Of a DNA stretch of 64,000 nt, positions 59,601-64,000 are shown one piece after another. Below the pieces are notes generated by a model. It was given only the letters and a program-made list of their open reading frames with translations, did not search any database and was not told where the DNA came from. The translations under genes were made by a program, and so were the position numbers. Within the stretch, counting starts at the first letter, position 1, and every line of letters begins with the position of its first letter. This stretch comes from Nemertoderma westbladi (lineage: Eukaryota > Animalia > Xenacoelomorpha), in NCBI GenBank assembly GCA_032718475.1, contig JAUCBJ010003790.1, positions 108,028-172,027 on the forward strand. The letters run 5' to 3'.

Positions 59601-62600
59601 AATATATAAACCAAATGAGTTCCTTTATCCAACAATAAGGATTAATATATAAACCAAATGAGTTTACTTTATCCAACAATAAGGATTAATATATAAACCA
59701 AATGAGTTTACTTTATCCCACAATAAGGATTAATATATAAACCAAATGAGTTTACTTTATCCAACAATAAGGATTAATATATAAACCAAATGAGTTCCTT
59801 TATCCCACAATAAGGATTAATATATAAACCAAATGAGTTCCTTTATCCCACAATAAGGATTAATATATAAACCAAATGAGTTCCTTTATCCCACAATAAG
59901 GATTAATATATAAACCAAATGAGTTTACTTTATCCCACAATAAGGATTAATATATAAACCAAATGAGTTCCTTTATCCAACAATAAGGATTAATATATAA
60001 ACCAAATGGGTTTACTTTATCCCACAATAAGGATTAATATATAAACCAAATGAGTTCATTTATCCCACAATAAGGATTAATATATAAACCAAATGAGTTC
60101 CTTTATCCAACAATAAGGATTAATATATAAACCAAATGAGTTTACTTTATCCCACAATAAGGATTAATATATAAACCAAATGAGTTTACTTTATCCCATA
60201 ATAAGGATTAATATATAAACCAAATGAGTTTACTTTATCCCACAATAAGGATTAATATATAAACCAAATGAGTTCCTTTATCCCACAATAAGGATTAATA
60301 TATAAACCAAATGAGTTTACTTTATCCCACAATAAGGATTAATATATAAACCAAATGAGTTTACTTTATCCCACAATAAGGATTAATATATAAACCAAAT
60401 GAGTTTACTTTATCCAACAATAAGGATTAATATATAAACCAAATGAGTTTACTTTATCCCACAATAAGGATTAATATATAAACCAAATGAGTTTACTTTA
60501 TCCCACAATAAGGATTAATATATAAACCAAATGAGTTTACTTTATCCCACAATAAGGATTAATATATAAACCAAATGAGTTTACTTTATCCAACAATAAG
60601 GATTAATATATAAACCAAATGAGTTTACTTTATCCCACAATAAGGATTAATATATAAACCAAATGAGTTTACTTTATCCCACAATAAGGATTAATATATA
60701 AACCAAATGAGTTTACTTTATCCCACAATAAGGATTAATATATAGACCAAATGAGTTTACTTTATCCCACAATAAGGATTAATATATAAACCAAATGAGT
60801 TTACTTTATCCCACAATAAGGATTAATATATAAACCAAATGAGTTTACTTTATCCCACAATAAGGATTAATATATAAACCAAATGAGTTTACTTTATCCC
60901 ACAATAAGGATTAATATATAAACCAAATGAGTTCCTTTATCCAACAATAAGGATTAATATATAAACCAAATGAGTTTACTTTATCCCACAATAAGGATTA
61001 ATATATAAACCAAATGAGTTTACTTTATCCCACAATAAGGATTAATATATAAACCAAATGAGTTTACTTTATCCCTCAATAAGGATTAATATATAAACCA
61101 AATGAGTTTACTTTATCCCACAATAAGGATTAATATATAAACCAAATAAGTTTTCTTTATCCAACAATAAGGATTAATATATAAACCAAATGAGTTCCTT
61201 TATCCCACAATAAGGATTAATATATAAACCAAATGAGTTCCTTTATCCCACAATAAGGATTAATATATAAACCAAATGAGTTTACTTTATCCCACAATAA
61301 GGATTAATATATAAACCAAATTAGTTTACTTTATCCCACAATAAGGATTAATATATAAACCAAATGAGTTCCTTTATCCCACAATAAGGATTAATATATA
61401 AACCAAATGTGTTTACTTTATCCCACAATAAGGATTAATATATAAACCAAATGAGTTCCTTTATCCCACAATACGGATTAATATATAAACCAAATGAGTT
61501 TACTTTATCCCACAATAAGGATTAATATATAAACTAAATGAGTTTACTTTATCCAACAATAAGGATTAATATATAAACCAAATGAGTTTACTTTATCCCA
61601 CAATAAGGATTAATATATAAACCAAATGAGTTTACTTTATCCCACAATAAGGATTAATATATAAACCAAATGAGTTTACTTTACCCCACAATAAGGATTA
61701 ATATATAAACCAAATGAGTTTACTTTATCCCACAATAAGGATTAATATATAAACCAAATGAGTTCCTTTATCCCACAATAAGGATTAATATATAAACCAA
61801 ATGAGTTCCTTTATCCAACAATAAGGATTAATATATAAACCAAATGAGTTTACTATATCCCACAATAAGGATTAATATATAAACCAATTGAGTTTACTTT
61901 ATCCCACAATAAGGATTAATATATAAACCAAATGAGTTTACTTTATCCAACAATAAGGATTAATATATAAACCAAATGAGTTCCTTTATCCAACAATAAG
62001 GATTAATATATAAACCAAATGAGTTTACTTTATCCCACAATAAGGATTAATATATAAACCAAATGAGTTTACTTTATCCCACAATAAGGATTAATATATA
62101 AACCAAATGAGTTTACTTTACCCCACAATAAGGATTAATATATAAACCAAATGAGTTCCTTTATCCAACAATAAGGATTAATATATAAACCAAATGAGTT
62201 TACTTTATCCAACAATAAGGATTAATATATAAACCAAATGAGTTTACTTTATCCCACAATAAGGATTAATATATAAACCAAATGAGTTTACTTTATCCAA
62301 CAATAAGGATTAATATATAAACCAAATGAGTTCCTTTATCCCACAATAAGGATTAATATATAAACCAAATGAGTTCCTTTATCCCACAATAAGGATTAAT
62401 ATATAAACCAAATGAGTTCCTTTATCCCACAATAAGGATTAATATATAAACCAAATGAGTTTACTTTATCCCACAATAAGGATTAATATATAAACCAAAT
62501 GAGTTCCTTTATCCAACAATAAGGATTAATATATAAACCAAATGGGTTTACTTTATCCCACAATAAGGATTAATATATAAACCAAATGAGTTCATTTATC

Positions 62601-64000
62601 CCACAATAAGGATTAATATATAAACCAAATGAGTTCCTTTATCCAACAATAAGGATTAATATATAAACCAAATGAGTTTACTTTATCCCACAATAAGGAT
62701 TAATATATAAACCAAATGAGTTTACTTTATCCCATAATAAGGATTAATATATAAACCAAATGAGTTTACTTTATCCCACAATAAGGATTAATATATAAAC
62801 CAAATGAGTTCCTTTATCCCACAATAAGGATTAATATATAAACCAAATGAGTTTACTTTATCCCACAATAAGGATTAATATATAAACCAAATGAGTTTAC
62901 TTTATCCCACAATAAGGATTAATATATAAACCAAATGAGTTTACTTTATCCAACAATAAGGATTAATATATAAACCAAATGAGTTTACTTTATCCCACAA
63001 TAAGGATTAATATATAAACCAAATGAGTTTACTTTATCCCACAATAAGGATTAATATATAAACCAAATGAGTTTACTTTATCCCACAATAAGGATTAATA
63101 TATAAACCAAATGAGTTTACTTTATCCAACAATAAGGATTAATATATAAACCAAATGAGTTTACTTTATCCCACAATAAGGATTAATATATAAACCAAAT
63201 GAGTTTACTTTATCCCACAATAAGGATTAATATATAAACCAAATGAGTTTACTTTATCCCACAATAAGGATTAATATATAAACCAAATGAGTTTACTTTA
63301 TCCCACAATAAGGATTAATATATAAACCAAATGAGTTTACTTTATCCCATAATAAGGATTAATATATAAACCAAATGAGTTTACTTTATCCCACAATAAG
63401 GATTAATATATAAACCAAATGAGTTCCTTTATCCCACAATAAGGATTAATATATAAACCAAATGAGTTTACTTTATCCCACAATAAGGATTAATATATAA
63501 ACCAAATGAGTTTACTTTATCCCACAATAAGGATTAATATATAAACCAAATGAGTTTACTTTATCCAACAATAAGGATTAATATATAAACCAAATGAGTT
63601 TACTTTATCCCACAATAAGGATTAATATATAAACCAAATGAGTTCCTTTATCCCACAATAAGGATTAATATATAAACCAAATGAGTTCCTTTATCCCACA
63701 ATAAGGATTAATATATAAACCAGATGAGTTTACTTTATCCCACAATAAGGATTAATATATAAACCAAATGAGTTTACTTTATCCCACAATAAGGATTAAT
63801 ATATAAACCAAATGAGTTCCTTTATCCCACAATAAGGATTAATATATAAACCAAATGAGTTTACTTTATCCCACAATAAGGATTAATATATAAACCAAAT
63901 GAGTTTACTTTATCCCACAATAAGGATTAATATATAAACCAAATGAGTTTACTTTATCCCACAATAAGGATTAATATATAAACCAAATTAGTTTACTTTA
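47632..64000. repeat. 43/44-bp AT-rich satellite, more than 16 kb, running off the window
   Basis: Unit ATAAGGATTAATATATAAACCAAATGAGTT(TA/C)CTTTATCC(C/A)ACA, about 370 copies; no ORFs in the track. Confidence 0.98.

Noticed and set aside
47632-64000. Telomeric or centromeric assignment of the large satellite
   Set aside because: No telomere motif, and centromere function cannot be inferred from sequence alone.

Overview
Repeat-rich animal genomic DNA; the organism cannot be identified from the window. The minus strand carries the 5' part of a cullin-3 gene: six coding exons at 40409-40362, 31631-31434, 31335-31142, 22933-22738, 17721-17493 and 14853-14705, together 338 codons with GT-AG junctions and matching phases; the gene continues past position 1. 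A divergent, intronless clathrin light chain ORF lies at 45843-46352. The CUL3 introns are inflated by unrelated tandem arrays, several visibly derived from neighbouring sequence. Two arrays are copies of the gene's own splice junctions: about 120 copies of the exon-4 end plus its CAG|GTGAGT donor (27 bp), and about 47 copies of the exon-6 acceptor plus exon start (40-42 bp). A third is a 61-bp tRNA-like unit with a Pol III B-box. A 31-bp satellite in intron 6 is interrupted by an apparently full-length ~7.5 kb non-LTR retrotransposon. Its ORF1 combines a Cys-rich N-terminus, Pro/Ser repeats, a Ulp1/SENP-type (C48) protease, a coiled coil and an RRM-like region; its ORF2 is APE-RT. The window also holds RTE-type and other LINE fragments, several MITE/foldback elements and a 16.4 kb 43/44-bp satellite with higher-order duplications.
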